DNA from: an uncultured Alphaproteobacteria bacterium
GTDB lineage: Bacteria; Pseudomonadota; Alphaproteobacteria; UBA7887
Reading direction: 5' to 3'
Assembly (NCBI GenBank): GCA_902562525.1
Contig: CACETT010000001.1
Location: forward strand, 28,036-92,035
Length of the DNA stretch: 64,000 nt
The notes under the pieces were generated by a model, which was not told the origin of the DNA, did no database searches, and saw nothing but the letters and a program-made list of their open reading frames with translations. How positions within the stretch are numbered: position 1 is the stretch's first letter; the number at the start of each line of letters is the position of its first letter. This document shows, piece by piece, positions 22,325-31,596 of this stretch. The position numbers and the translations under genes were made by a program.

Positions 22325-22591
22325 TTGGGAGTTCTAATTCTAGTTGGAACTTCAGTCGTTGGCATCACTGTTGTCCGAAGGGCGCAAGATATCTCCGTCG
22401 GTGATAAGCTAGTTGCTGATGGTGAAACGCTGAATCTCTATGCTAGCGAATCGACAAACGTAAAATCCATAGATGTTGAGGAAGGTATCTTGTTTCTACA
22501 TATGGAAACATCAACAGGGGATATGGTTATAGGATATGATTTATTTAGTGGTGAGGTAGTCAACAGGGTATTAATTGATCAAGCCCCATGA
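22325..22591 (+). CDS. Hypothetical small protein (88 aa, TTG start) translationally coupled to the JAB/MPN gene
   Basis: The ORF ends in an ATGA overlap with the downstream gene (ATG 22588 / TGA 22589-22591). N-terminal hydrophobic stretch, no recognisable family, no C-terminal Gly-Gly. Confidence 0.45.
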   Translation: MGVLILVGTSVVGITVVRRAQDISVGDKLVADGETLNLYASESTNVKSIDVEEGILFLHMETSTGDMVIGYDLFSGEVVNRVLIDQAP

Positions 22592-23016
22592 TTTTTTTTC
22601 CAAATAATTCCATGCGGCAAATTATTATCGATGCCGAGGAATCGTGCCCCGAGGAGGCTTGTGGTCTACTATGGGGGAAACGCTGTGAAGGTGACGTGCA
22701 TGTATCGAGTGTTCACCGAAGCAAAAATTGTGCGGAGGATCCCCAAACCAAATTCGAGATTAATCCCCAATTACGGTTTGACCTAGAGAGGCTTGCACGG
22801 GAAGGCGAAATGGACGTTGTCGGCCTTTATCATTCCCATCCAAACGGGCCTGCAAAGCCTTCAAAAATCGACCTTTCTAGGGCGTGGGAAACGGCTTTAA
22901 CCTGGGTAATAATAGGTCTTGAAGAGGGGAAGGTAGTTGAAAAGAAGGCTTATAAGGTTGAAAAACCTAAGGAGCGGTTTGTAGAGATTGATATACAAGT
23001 CGTAAATAGCCAGTAA
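22588..23016 (+). CDS. JAB/MPN (Mov34) domain JAMM-type metalloprotease
   Basis: Conserved Glu (IIIDAEES...E) followed by the JAMM motif HSHPNGPAKPSKID (H-x-H-x7-S-x2-D). Confidence 0.8.
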   Translation: MIFFPNNSMRQIIIDAEESCPEEACGLLWGKRCEGDVHVSSVHRSKNCAEDPQTKFEINPQLRFDLERLAREGEMDVVGLYHSHPNGPAKPSKIDLSRAWETALTWVIIGLEEGKVVEKKAYKVEKPKERFVEIDIQVVNSQ

Positions 23017-23039
23017 TTGCGTTTTTTGGAGACGGAACC

Positions 23040-24071
23040 TTGTTAAATTTATGTAGTGACAATGAGGGGCCAATCGCCCCAAAAATATTGGAGTCTATAG
23101 TAGATGCCAATAGTGGCTTTGCGCACTCTTATGGAGAGGACAAGTTAACTGGACAACTAAAGGAAGTCTTTTCTGAAGTTTTCGAACGTGAGGTTGAAGT
23201 TTTCCCGGTTGTCACGGGTACAGCAGCCAATGCCCTTGCTCTTGGCCATGTCACCCCGCCGTACGGCGCGATCTACTGCACTGGCCACGCACACATATTA
23301 GTAGATGAGTGTGGTGCCCCAGGGTTTTTCTCGGGTGGAGCTAGCATGGTGAAGGTTAAGAGCTCCCAAGGCAAAATAGATGGTAGTGATTTTCAGGACT
23401 TGGTTGATAATTGGGGAGCCCACGGAGACCATGAACCTAAGCCATGTGCTTTAAGTATTACTCAGACGACGGAAGTTGGGACGCTCTATTCTGTTGAAGA
23501 GATTCTAAAACTATCAGAACTGGCACACCAGCATGGTATGGTCATTCATATGGATGGCGCTCGTTTTGCTAATGCAGTTGCATCCCTTGGGTGCAGTCCA
23601 GCGGATATGACTTGGCGTGCCGGGGTGGATGTCCTTTCATTTGGGGCTACGAAGAATGGGGCGTTAGCTGCAGAAGCCGTAGTTTTTTTTAAGAAAGAAC
23701 ACGCCAAAGAATTTGGACGCCAAAGAATGCGGGGAGGGCATCTCTTAAGTAAAATGCGTTTTGTGTCCGCACAGCTGCTCGCCTATCTCGAGGAGGGGCT
23801 GTGGTTAAAGTTGGCGTCCCATGCGAACTTAGCTGCTAAGTGGCTAAGAGACGGTTTGGTCGACCTGCGTGGCGTGAAAGTTATTTACAAGGTTGAGGGA
23901 AATGCGGTTTTTGCATGCCTTCCGGAAAGGATGTTGAAGGGCCTATTGGCGGAAGGGTATTTATTTCACCGTTGGCCAGGAGAACAGGGTCTGGTGAGAT
24001 TCATGTGTTCGTATAGTCTGCAGAAAAAAGAGATAGATGAGTTTGTTCGGGCAGCGCGTCTCCTAGCCTAG
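23040..24071 (+). CDS. ltaE: Low-specificity L-threonine aldolase (PLP-dependent, beta-eliminating lyase family)
   Basis: N-terminus LCSDNEGP...YGEDKLTGQLKEVFSEVFE and a PLP-lysine region typical of LtaE. Confidence 0.85.
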   Translation: MLNLCSDNEGPIAPKILESIVDANSGFAHSYGEDKLTGQLKEVFSEVFEREVEVFPVVTGTAANALALGHVTPPYGAIYCTGHAHILVDECGAPGFFSGGASMVKVKSSQGKIDGSDFQDLVDNWGAHGDHEPKPCALSITQTTEVGTLYSVEEILKLSELAHQHGMVIHMDGARFANAVASLGCSPADMTWRAGVDVLSFGATKNGALAAEAVVFFKKEHAKEFGRQRMRGGHLLSKMRFVSAQLLAYLEEGLWLKLASHANLAAKWLRDGLVDLRGVKVIYKVEGNAVFACLPERMLKGLLAEGYLFHRWPGEQGLVRFMCSYSLQKKEIDEFVRAARLLA

Positions 24072-24139
24072 AAATTATTCCTATGATCGTTATGGTCTTG
24101 CCTGAATTGGACCGGCGCATTAAAAGAAGGGACGCTGTG

Positions 24140-24215
24140 GTCCCCATCGTCTAGTGGCCTAGGACACCGGCCTCTCACGCCGGAAACGGGGGTTCGACTC
24201 CCCCTGGGGACGCCA
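24140..24215 (+). tRNA. tRNA-Glu (anticodon CUC), CCA encoded
   Basis: Cloverleaf readable directly: acceptor GTCCCCA/TGGGGAC, anticodon stem CCGGC/GCCGG with loop CTCTCAC, T-arm GGGGG-TTCGACT-CCCCC, discriminator G plus CCA. Confidence 0.85.
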
Positions 24216-24305
24216 CGAATTTTCTAGACTGTTTAGCTTTAAAAGTTAATACCTCACCTGAAACAACCACTGTATTGTTAAAGTCCGTGTGCTCCATGTA
24301 AATAT

Positions 24306-25709
24306 ATGTTCCGTAGGAAACCGGAAGGATGTGCTGTGTCAAAAAATAACGTAAATAGTGCTAAAACTAGAGAATATCTGAGCCGCTATATGGAGGGTGT
24401 TAAGAAGAGAAATCCCGGGGAGCCGGAGTTTCATCAAGCTGTCTATGAGGTCGCTTCTACCATCTTTCCATATATTAAAGACAAGCCGATTTATCACGAA
24501 AACCAAATCTTAGAGCGAATGGCAGAGCCGGAAAGAGTGGTTTACTTCCGGGTGCCGTGGACAGATGATTCAGGGAACATACGAACAAATCGTGGTTTCC
24601 GGGTGCAGTTTAATTCCGCTATTGGGCCCTATAAAGGCGGCCTCCGGTTCCATCCAACCGTAAATCTTAGCATCCTAAAATTTCTGGGCTATGAGCAAAC
24701 CTTTAAGAATAGTCTGACGGGACTCCCGATGGGAGGTGGGAAGGGCGGGGCAAATTTTAATCCAAGAGGAAAATCTAATAATGAGGTTATGAGATTTTGC
24801 CAATCCTTTATCACTGAATTGTACAGGCATATAGGAGAGGACACCGATGTACCTGCTGGGGATATTGGGGTTGGTGGGAGAGAAATTGGTTATATGTTTG
24901 GCCAGTATAAAAGAATAACTAATAAATTTGTTGGTGTTTTGACTGGCAAGGGCTTGGAATTTGGGGGATCCCAACTACGAACAGAGGCAACTGGGTATGG
25001 AGCGATCTTCTTTCTCAGGAATATGCTGCAGGCACATGACAATGCCATTGAAGGTAAAAGAGTGTTGATCTCTGGTTCTGGAAATGTGGCAATGCACGCT
25101 GCCGAGAAACTTCTCCACTTAGGAGCCAAACCAATCACACTGTCCGACTCTGGCGGATTCATTCACTCCTCAAGTGGTTTGCGCCAAGAACACATAGATT
25201 GGATTAAGGCCTTGAAGGCAGAAAGACGGGGAAGAATAGCCGAAGCCGCTGACGAGTTCCCTGAGATTTCGTTTCAGGAAAAAAGCCGGCCCTGGAGTGT
25301 AGAGGGTGATTGTGCAGTGCCTTGTGCTACGCAAAACGAGGTAAGTATAGAGGACGCCAGAACTATGATTGCAAATGGAGTCAAGGCTGTCGCAGAGGGG
25401 GCCAATATGCCGTGTGACCAGTCAGCGGTTGAAGCGTTTCAGGAAGCCGGGGTGTTGTTTGGGCCTGCCAAGGCTGTCAACGCCGGGGGTGTTGGGGTGT
25501 CTGGGTTAGAAATGAGTCAAAACAGCGGTCGTATCTCATGGGAACCCGATCTCCTCAGAGAAATGTTGGAAAATATGATGGGGGATATTCATGATTCTTG
25601 TGTGCAGTACGGAACCAGAACTCAAGGACCAGTGGACTATGTTTCGGGAGCAAATATTGCCGGCTTCGTAAAGGTAGCGGATGCTATGTTGAGCTATGGC
25701 CACGTCTAG
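24306..25709 (+). CDS. gdhA: NADP-specific glutamate dehydrogenase GdhA
   Basis: Glu/Leu/Phe/Val dehydrogenase active-site region GGGKGG around the catalytic Lys, and the dinucleotide fold GSGNVAMHAAEKL. Confidence 0.9.
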   Translation: MFRRKPEGCAVSKNNVNSAKTREYLSRYMEGVKKRNPGEPEFHQAVYEVASTIFPYIKDKPIYHENQILERMAEPERVVYFRVPWTDDSGNIRTNRGFRVQFNSAIGPYKGGLRFHPTVNLSILKFLGYEQTFKNSLTGLPMGGGKGGANFNPRGKSNNEVMRFCQSFITELYRHIGEDTDVPAGDIGVGGREIGYMFGQYKRITNKFVGVLTGKGLEFGGSQLRTEATGYGAIFFLRNMLQAHDNAIEGKRVLISGSGNVAMHAAEKLLHLGAKPITLSDSGGFIHSSSGLRQEHIDWIKALKAERRGRIAEAADEFPEISFQEKSRPWSVEGDCAVPCATQNEVSIEDARTMIANGVKAVAEGANMPCDQSAVEAFQEAGVLFGPAKAVNAGGVGVSGLEMSQNSGRISWEPDLLREMLENMMGDIHDSCVQYGTRTQGPVDYVSGANIAGFVKVADAMLSYGHV

Positions 25710-26084
25710 CCATGGACATCTAAGTTCTTGTGTCTTGTAATAGCTGCTCTCCAAGTATCCGATGGCACCATTTCCGCTGCCGAATGTACCAAGAAGGTAC
25801 CCAATGGAACCCTATTCCTGGCTCCTGTGACAGATATCACGAGCAGGAAAGCAACATATATTTGCCACATTTCATCGTAATTATTAGCATTATGTTCTTA
25901 AGGATTAACGATTTGGGGCTGTATCCAGCGTTTTTGTGGGTTCCCTCCAATGGGATTGAAGAGAACTAAATGGTGTGCATTTGGCGTATAAGGGCAACGG
26001 GGCACTCGAATGTAAAGATGGCAATTTCCACTGAAGCAGGCGAGCTGGTTTGGAGGGGACGAGACTAACGGAGGTATAAATGCC

Positions 26085-26528
26085 ATGAAAATTCTTGTAG
26101 CTGTGCTTATAGCAGTGGCAGCGAGCGTGGTGGCAGTCGGCAGCCATGCTGAGGTCAAATATTTTCCGCGTGTGGGTGAAGACGATCGACTGCAGATACA
26201 GGAGATAATAGGGGCGCAATTGAAGGCATTTCATTCCAAGGATGCAGAAAAAGCATTCTCCTACGCGTCTCCATCCATACAGGATAAGTTTCGGACCCCC
26301 ACCCGTTTTTTGTCCATGGTCCGGAAATTCTGGCCCGAGGTGTATAACGCTCGGAGGTCCGAGTTTCTCCAGTTAGCTGAAGTAAAGGGTGTGTGGATTC
26401 AAGGTGTCATAATCTCCGATGATCTGGGAGAAACCTGGTTGGCCCAGTATCCAATGGAATTGCAGCCAGATGGTAATTGGTTGATTAATGGTTGCGTCGT
26501 TAGAGCTCTGGAGGACAGAAGTTTGTAG
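26085..26528 (+). CDS. Secreted hypothetical protein, DUF4864/NTF2-like fold (signal peptide)
   Basis: N-terminal signal peptide MKILVAVLIAVAASVVAVGSHA with a GGAGG RBS upstream. The family assignment is from memory of DUF4864-like proteins and is tentative. Confidence 0.55.
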   Translation: MKILVAVLIAVAASVVAVGSHAEVKYFPRVGEDDRLQIQEIIGAQLKAFHSKDAEKAFSYASPSIQDKFRTPTRFLSMVRKFWPEVYNARRSEFLQLAEVKGVWIQGVIISDDLGETWLAQYPMELQPDGNWLINGCVVRALEDRSL

Positions 26529-26661
26529 ATTTTCTTGTGCAGAAATAATCATCTTTATTTAGGGCATACTGCGGAAGACGAGCAGCATATTGCGGCGGAA
26601 GTTGGGGCTTTGCAGTAGTTTTGAGAGTATAGACGGGGAATAGCGGAAGCTTGGTAAGTGC

Positions 26662-27486
26662 GTGGTAGATCTTCTTACATTTGTTAATGAGCACCCCATT
26701 AATGAATCATCAATAAAGGCGGCTTTGGCACGTGAGGGGAAAAAAGTTGAAAAGTTAGTGCCGTCTGATTTGTTTCCATATGATCAGGATCATTATGGCG
26801 GCCTTCAGGCCGTTAAGGAATTAGCTGAGAAAGCCCGTTTTTCGGCCAATTCGGTTGTGCTAGATGTCTGTTCGGGAATGGGTGGCCCTGCCCGCTACAT
26901 TTCTGATTGTTATGGGTGCAGTGTGGTGGGGCTGGACGTAAATAAATCCCGAACCTTGTCTGCAGCGCGCCTAACACGATGGGTGGACCTCGGGAACACT
27001 GTTTCCTTTGTCTGTGGTGATGCCGGTATCATGCCGCTTGGACAAAATGCATTCACTCACGTAGTCAGTCAGGAAGGGTTTCTTCATATAGAGGATAAGG
27101 GAGCGTTATTCAGGAATTGCCGAGAGGTGCTCAGGCCGGAGGGTAGAATGGTTTTTACCGATTGGATAGCCTCGCCTAATTTATCTAGTCACGAACGGAA
27201 CATTCTTCGAGATGGAATGGCTGCTGTGGGCGTTCATACGGAGGTTGAGTATAAAAACTATATTTTTGAGGCGGGTTTTGACTCGTTGGAAACAGAGGAT
27301 CTATCGAGCTGGTGGGCGAAGATTTTGCCGGAGAGATTTAAAATGTATCAATCAAAAAGCAAGGAAGCCGGAGAGGCTTTCGGGTTAAGACGATTTGAGG
27401 AATTCATAAACGCTTATGGGGCTTTCATTCGGGTTTTAGAGGCCGGCAAGTTGGGAGGGATGCGATTTACGGTCGGCTCCTTGTAG
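26662..27486 (+). CDS. Class I SAM-dependent methyltransferase (small-molecule N/O-methyltransferase-like)
   Basis: Motif I VLDVCSGMGGPARY and post-I acidic residue GLDVN. Overall resembles the Methyltransf_11 glycine/sarcosine methyltransferase group. Substrate unknown. Confidence 0.75.
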   Translation: MVDLLTFVNEHPINESSIKAALAREGKKVEKLVPSDLFPYDQDHYGGLQAVKELAEKARFSANSVVLDVCSGMGGPARYISDCYGCSVVGLDVNKSRTLSAARLTRWVDLGNTVSFVCGDAGIMPLGQNAFTHVVSQEGFLHIEDKGALFRNCREVLRPEGRMVFTDWIASPNLSSHERNILRDGMAAVGVHTEVEYKNYIFEAGFDSLETEDLSSWWAKILPERFKMYQSKSKEAGEAFGLRRFEEFINAYGAFIRVLEAGKLGGMRFTVGSL

Positions 27487-27565
27487 GGTCGTGCTTTAAT
27501 CAGTGTGCTGACATTGGCAGAGCGCTCGTATGGCGGCCGCAGAGGAGGAACAGACTTTTTGGTTA

Positions 27566-28438
27566 TTATGTGTTTTTTGGCGCCAGGTCGATAGAAAAAA
27601 GTTCCTTAAAGCGGGCATTGTAAGCATCGTCTTCGAGCGAGCTAATTGCGATATACTCTTCATCAGAAACGTTTGGCCGGCGTTCTACCAGGCTCTCGCC
27701 ATGTCCGTGTAACCAACGCAACTGCGGCTTCTTAGTTGTTAGAGATGTCCAGATGGTTTCTGCGAGTTCGTCAGCGGGGGTAGCCTGCGGAATAGATGAT
27801 TTATAAAATCTGCCCCCTTGCCGCATAGCCTGGCGATACGGTGATTGCTTGTCGTAGTGCACAGGAGTTTTCCCAAAGATTGGTGTTGCTATTACTCCTG
27901 GCTCAATGATTACAACGCGGATGCCCATGGGGGCGACTTCCAAGGCTAGGGACTCGCTGAATGCTTCCACTGCAAATTTTGAAGCACAATAGGCTGCTTG
28001 GTTTACCACGGCAACTTTTCCAAGTATGGAAGAAATATTAACGATGGCACCATCTTTGCGACCTCGCATGCCCGGCAGTACGGCCTGGATTAATCGAACA
28101 GGCCCCCAGTAGTTGGTTTCAAAAAGGGCACGGTGTTCGTTCTCAGGATAAAGTTCTAGGGGGCAAGCGTTTGAGAGCCCAGCATTATTTATCAGGCAGT
28201 CTATTTTGCCGTGGTCGGAATTTATTTCTGCGACTACTCTATCTATTGAATCCTGCTCGGTTACATCTAATGTATGGAAGGATATCGACAGCCCCTCTGA
28301 TTCTGCTGCGCTCTTTAGTTGGCCTGCTTTTTCCAAACTCCTCATTGCCGCATGTACTTGGAAACCGCCGCGCGCTAACCGGAGGGCGGTTGCATAGCCT
28401 ATCCCCGAGCTCGTTCCTGTTATAAGGCAATTACGCAT
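27566..28438 (-). CDS. Short-chain dehydrogenase/reductase (classical SDR)
   Basis: TGTSSGIG cofactor motif, NNAG, and the catalytic S...YCASK triad. Confidence 0.85.
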   Translation of the reverse strand: MRNCLITGTSSGIGYATALRLARGGFQVHAAMRSLEKAGQLKSAAESEGLSISFHTLDVTEQDSIDRVVAEINSDHGKIDCLINNAGLSNACPLELYPENEHRALFETNYWGPVRLIQAVLPGMRGRKDGAIVNISSILGKVAVVNQAAYCASKFAVEAFSESLALEVAPMGIRVVIIEPGVIATPIFGKTPVHYDKQSPYRQAMRQGGRFYKSSIPQATPADELAETIWTSLTTKKPQLRWLHGHGESLVERRPNVSDEEYIAISSLEDDAYNARFKELFSIDLAPKNT

Positions 28439-28485
28439 TCTTCCAGCTCCTTCTGTCTATACTATATTTCTAAATTTATTAAGAA

Positions 28486-29373
28486 TCACCATTTCTCGAT
28501 ATCAGGCCTGAGTTCCACCAGAAAGGACCAAGCAGAGCGATCTTGATGGGCAACGTGATAAGCCTCATCAGCAATTGCTGACGGCTTGCAAAAATATTCG
28601 TCTGGCTTTTCGGGGGCAAATATAGGTCGTGTTCGAGGGGTATCTATTGCCGCATCCACCAAAATATAGGCTACATGCACACCCTTTGGCCCTAAGTCTC
28701 GAGCCATTGCTTCGGCGAGTATTCTTTGGGCTGCCTTGGTCGGTGCAAAGTAGGCGAAGTTGGCACTACCGCGTGTGGAAGATGTATTTCCTGTAACAAC
28801 AATTGCGCCTTCGCCGGCTTCTATCATGGCAGGCGCCAATTCTCGAGCCATGTAAAGGAGAGATGTAGTGTTCACCCGAAAATTGCGCTCTAATCTTGCG
28901 GGATCACTTTCCATGAATCTGCTTGCGCCGCCTCCATCTATATTTCCTGCAACGGCATTGTGGATTAGGATGGTTGGATCTCCGAGATCTTTTGCTACTT
29001 GCTTAAGCGTTGCGACCAAGTGATCCAGATCTGAGACGTCGCATTCATAACCATGAGAATCCTCGATCTCTTTTTCTAAAGAATTTAGCCGTTTTTTATC
29101 TCTGGCCAACATAGCCACTTGGTAACCACCTCTAGAAAACCGGTTTGCACATTCCATCCCAGTCCCTGGGCCTACGCCTGCGATAAGGCAAACTTTTTTG
29201 CTCATGTATACACTACTCCTTTCAGCTTCTTTTCTATTTCTGCCGCAAATATTTTGATACCAACCAATAAGGTGACTCAAGCGGCATTTCTTAGTTAACG
29301 CGGAATTTTTCCAAAAATGACCAATTGAATTCCATCCCGTGGCCGGAGCGATCGGGGGCCGTTGCGATTCCAT
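28486..29373 (-). CDS. Short-chain dehydrogenase/reductase (probable start at 29205)
   Basis: AGVGPGTG glycine motif, NAVAG, and S...Y...K. The ORF-track N-terminal extension overlaps the upstream gene. Confidence 0.85.
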   Translation of the reverse strand: MESQRPPIAPATGWNSIGHFWKNSALTKKCRLSHLIGWYQNICGRNRKEAERSSVYMSKKVCLIAGVGPGTGMECANRFSRGGYQVAMLARDKKRLNSLEKEIEDSHGYECDVSDLDHLVATLKQVAKDLGDPTILIHNAVAGNIDGGGASRFMESDPARLERNFRVNTTSLLYMARELAPAMIEAGEGAIVVTGNTSSTRGSANFAYFAPTKAAQRILAEAMARDLGPKGVHVAYILVDAAIDTPRTRPIFAPEKPDEYFCKPSAIADEAYHVAHQDRSAWSFLVELRPDIEKW

Positions 29374-30382
29374 TATTTACGACAAGAGGATGTTCAATAT
29401 ATGGGTTCATGCCAAAGCCGTGAACTTCGAGGTAGGCATTGTTGGGTGATGCGGCCAATAAGTGAACATGGATATCGTGGACCCCATGCGAAGTTATGGG
29501 TAGTCCGTGGGCATCGGCCAGATGGCCAATCTTCATCCAAGGGGTAATGCCACCGCATGTGGCTAAGTCAGGCTCAGGGAAATCGATGCCACCAGCAGAT
29601 ATCAACGCTGCGAATTCGGCCAACGTGTGCAGATTTTCTCCAGCTGATAAGGGGACCCCCCCGTTATTTCGAAGATGGGCATAGGCTGCAAAATTATCTG
29701 GTTGTATCGGTTCTTCGACCCATACCAAATCAAATTCTCGCAGTGCTCTAAGTGCTCGCAAGGCCTGATCAGGCCTCCAGGCCTCGTTGGCATCAGCCAT
29801 TAATTCAATATCTGGTCCTATGTGGGCCCGCATAGCTTTGACGCGAGACAAGTCTTCCTTCAAGCTAGGTTTACCTAACCTCATCTTAATGGATCTGTGG
29901 CCGTCGTTTAGGCTTCTGTCGGCCCCGGCCAGAAGTTTATCAATGGGAAAGTTGAGGTCGATATTGCCTGCGTAGGCTTTGACTTCTGGATTAAAACCCC
30001 CAAGCAATCGCCAAAGTGGTAGATTGAGAGAGTTGGCTTTTAGGTCCCATAAGGCAGTGTCGACTGCTGCTATTGCGAAGCTAACAGGTCCCCCGCGGCC
30101 TGCATAGTGGAGCCGGCGCCACATCTTATGCCATATCCACTCGATCCGTGAGGGGTCCTCCTGCAAAACAATCTCTGTACAAACATTGTTGATGATTTCC
30201 ACTAATGCGGATCCCTGGCCGGAAAACAATGGATTATAGCCACATCCTTGCGCTCCATCGCTATCCCAGACTCGGACCATCACCATGTCTATATCAGCCA
30301 TGACACCTGAGGAAGCAGCCTCTACCGCTTCGGGCAAGGGAAGGCGGTAAAGCGTAGTTTCTATTTTATCTATTTTTGTCAT
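29291..30382 (-). CDS. Enolase-superfamily enzyme, mandelate racemase/muconate lactonizing (acid-sugar dehydratase-like)
   Basis: N-terminal capping domain, barrel region KMRLGK...MADANEAW...EEP with metal-ligand Asp/Glu/Asp spacing. Confidence 0.85.
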   Translation of the reverse strand: MTKIDKIETTLYRLPLPEAVEAASSGVMADIDMVMVRVWDSDGAQGCGYNPLFSGQGSALVEIINNVCTEIVLQEDPSRIEWIWHKMWRRLHYAGRGGPVSFAIAAVDTALWDLKANSLNLPLWRLLGGFNPEVKAYAGNIDLNFPIDKLLAGADRSLNDGHRSIKMRLGKPSLKEDLSRVKAMRAHIGPDIELMADANEAWRPDQALRALRALREFDLVWVEEPIQPDNFAAYAHLRNNGGVPLSAGENLHTLAEFAALISAGGIDFPEPDLATCGGITPWMKIGHLADAHGLPITSHGVHDIHVHLLAASPNNAYLEVHGFGMNPYIEHPLVVNNGIATAPDRSGHGMEFNWSFLEKFRVN

Positions 30383-30412
30383 TCATTCTTTCTCCTGGCT
30401 AACCTATGAGCC

Positions 30413-31237
30413 ATGATACAACTACAAAAAACAAACGGGGACTCCCAAATGGCAGGTATACGCATTTTTTCCTATTTGCCCAATCCTAGAATCTTTAAAT
30501 CAACTATTGCGGCCCGCCTATGTGGCGTGAATGTAGAACTTGTTGGAGCAAAGCCTCCTGAACTGCGCGAATGGTTATGGGATTTTGCGGCCCGCCCTCT
30601 CGAGGCTAAGGACAAGCAAGATGAAAGTCTTGCTCGGAAAGGTCGGACAGGCTTTGTTGGCACTGTGTTATATAAAACTGATGCATTCATAGAGGCGCAC
30701 CCATTTGGAACTGTCCCAGCAGCTTTTAGCCCGGATGGGCGGGTGGGTATCTTTGAGTCCAACAGCATCATGAGAGCTGTTGCCCGCCTTGGCAAGAATT
30801 GCACAGGTTTGTACGGTGAAGATCCGTACAGCACGTCACGAGTGGATAGCTTTTTAGATGCAAGCCTTGGTTTTGCTAGGGATTCGCAGATCTACTTGTT
30901 AGCGTTGGCAAATGATACGGTAACTAAAGAAATTTATGAAAGAGCAAAAAATGCGTTGGCGGTTTATTTGGCGGCAGTTAATAATGCGGTGTCGGTAGAT
31001 GGTGCCTTCATAACAAATGGCCGGTTAACCCTTGCAGATATATGTTTCTGCTGTGAGTATGCGTTGTTTATGAGGGAACGCAAAAGAAAGAAAAGCCTCT
31101 CTGCTCTTCAATTGTCACCAATAGTCAGCTTGGATATTGAAACAGAATTCCCATCAGCTATAACGCATTTTCGAAGACTTTGTGAGCATGAGGCATTCTC
31201 TCCGGATTTGGGCCCATTCTTGCGAGAGCAGACGTGA
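30413..31237 (+). CDS. Glutathione S-transferase family protein (probable start ATG 30449)
   Basis: Thioredoxin-like N-domain with FGTVPA...ESNSIMRAV (the cis-Pro and Glu-Ser G-site signature) and a helical C-domain. Confidence 0.65.
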   Translation: MIQLQKTNGDSQMAGIRIFSYLPNPRIFKSTIAARLCGVNVELVGAKPPELREWLWDFAARPLEAKDKQDESLARKGRTGFVGTVLYKTDAFIEAHPFGTVPAAFSPDGRVGIFESNSIMRAVARLGKNCTGLYGEDPYSTSRVDSFLDASLGFARDSQIYLLALANDTVTKEIYERAKNALAVYLAAVNNAVSVDGAFITNGRLTLADICFCCEYALFMRERKRKKSLSALQLSPIVSLDIETEFPSAITHFRRLCEHEAFSPDLGPFLREQT

Positions 31238-31278
31238 CAGCTGGAGTTCCTAACCGCCTTTTTTATTTTTTCGGAATT

Positions 31279-31593
31279 TTATTTGGCCACCAATAACTGC
31301 TTTACTTCGAATACCTCTCGTGTCCTTGTTACTTTCCCCTCCCAATGTTTGTCAAATTCGTTGATGAAGTCTCGCATCAGTTCCGAGCCTAAAAGTTTAT
31401 TTGCTGCTGCAAGGGTCGGAAACTCATAGAAAGCAAGGTGTACATTGTCTTCGACATCGCTCCAGCCACGCATTGCGCTTATGCCCCTAAAGTCTTGAAG
31501 CGCATCTGGTAGGTGCTCGGACTGGTACCACTTATCAAAAGCCTCTCGGTTCTCTTCTTTGACTTTAGCGCGGACGATCAGATATGCGGACAT
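31279..31593 (-). CDS. Small hypothetical protein (predicted dimeric alpha/beta-barrel-like), downstream of GST
   Basis: 104 aa with no recognisable motif. Only a 3-nt gap from the upstream GST suggests co-transcription. Confidence 0.5.
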   Translation of the reverse strand: MSAYLIVRAKVKEENREAFDKWYQSEHLPDALQDFRGISAMRGWSDVEDNVHLAFYEFPTLAAANKLLGSELMRDFINEFDKHWEGKVTRTREVFEVKQLLVAK

Positions 31594-31596
31594 TTG

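Noticed and set aside
25730-26234. ORFs of 79, 86 and 109 aa in the gdhA–DUF4864 gap
   Set aside because: They are mutually overlapping on opposite strands, Cys/His/Trp-rich with no RBS, and consistent with random ORFs in a promoter or terminator region.
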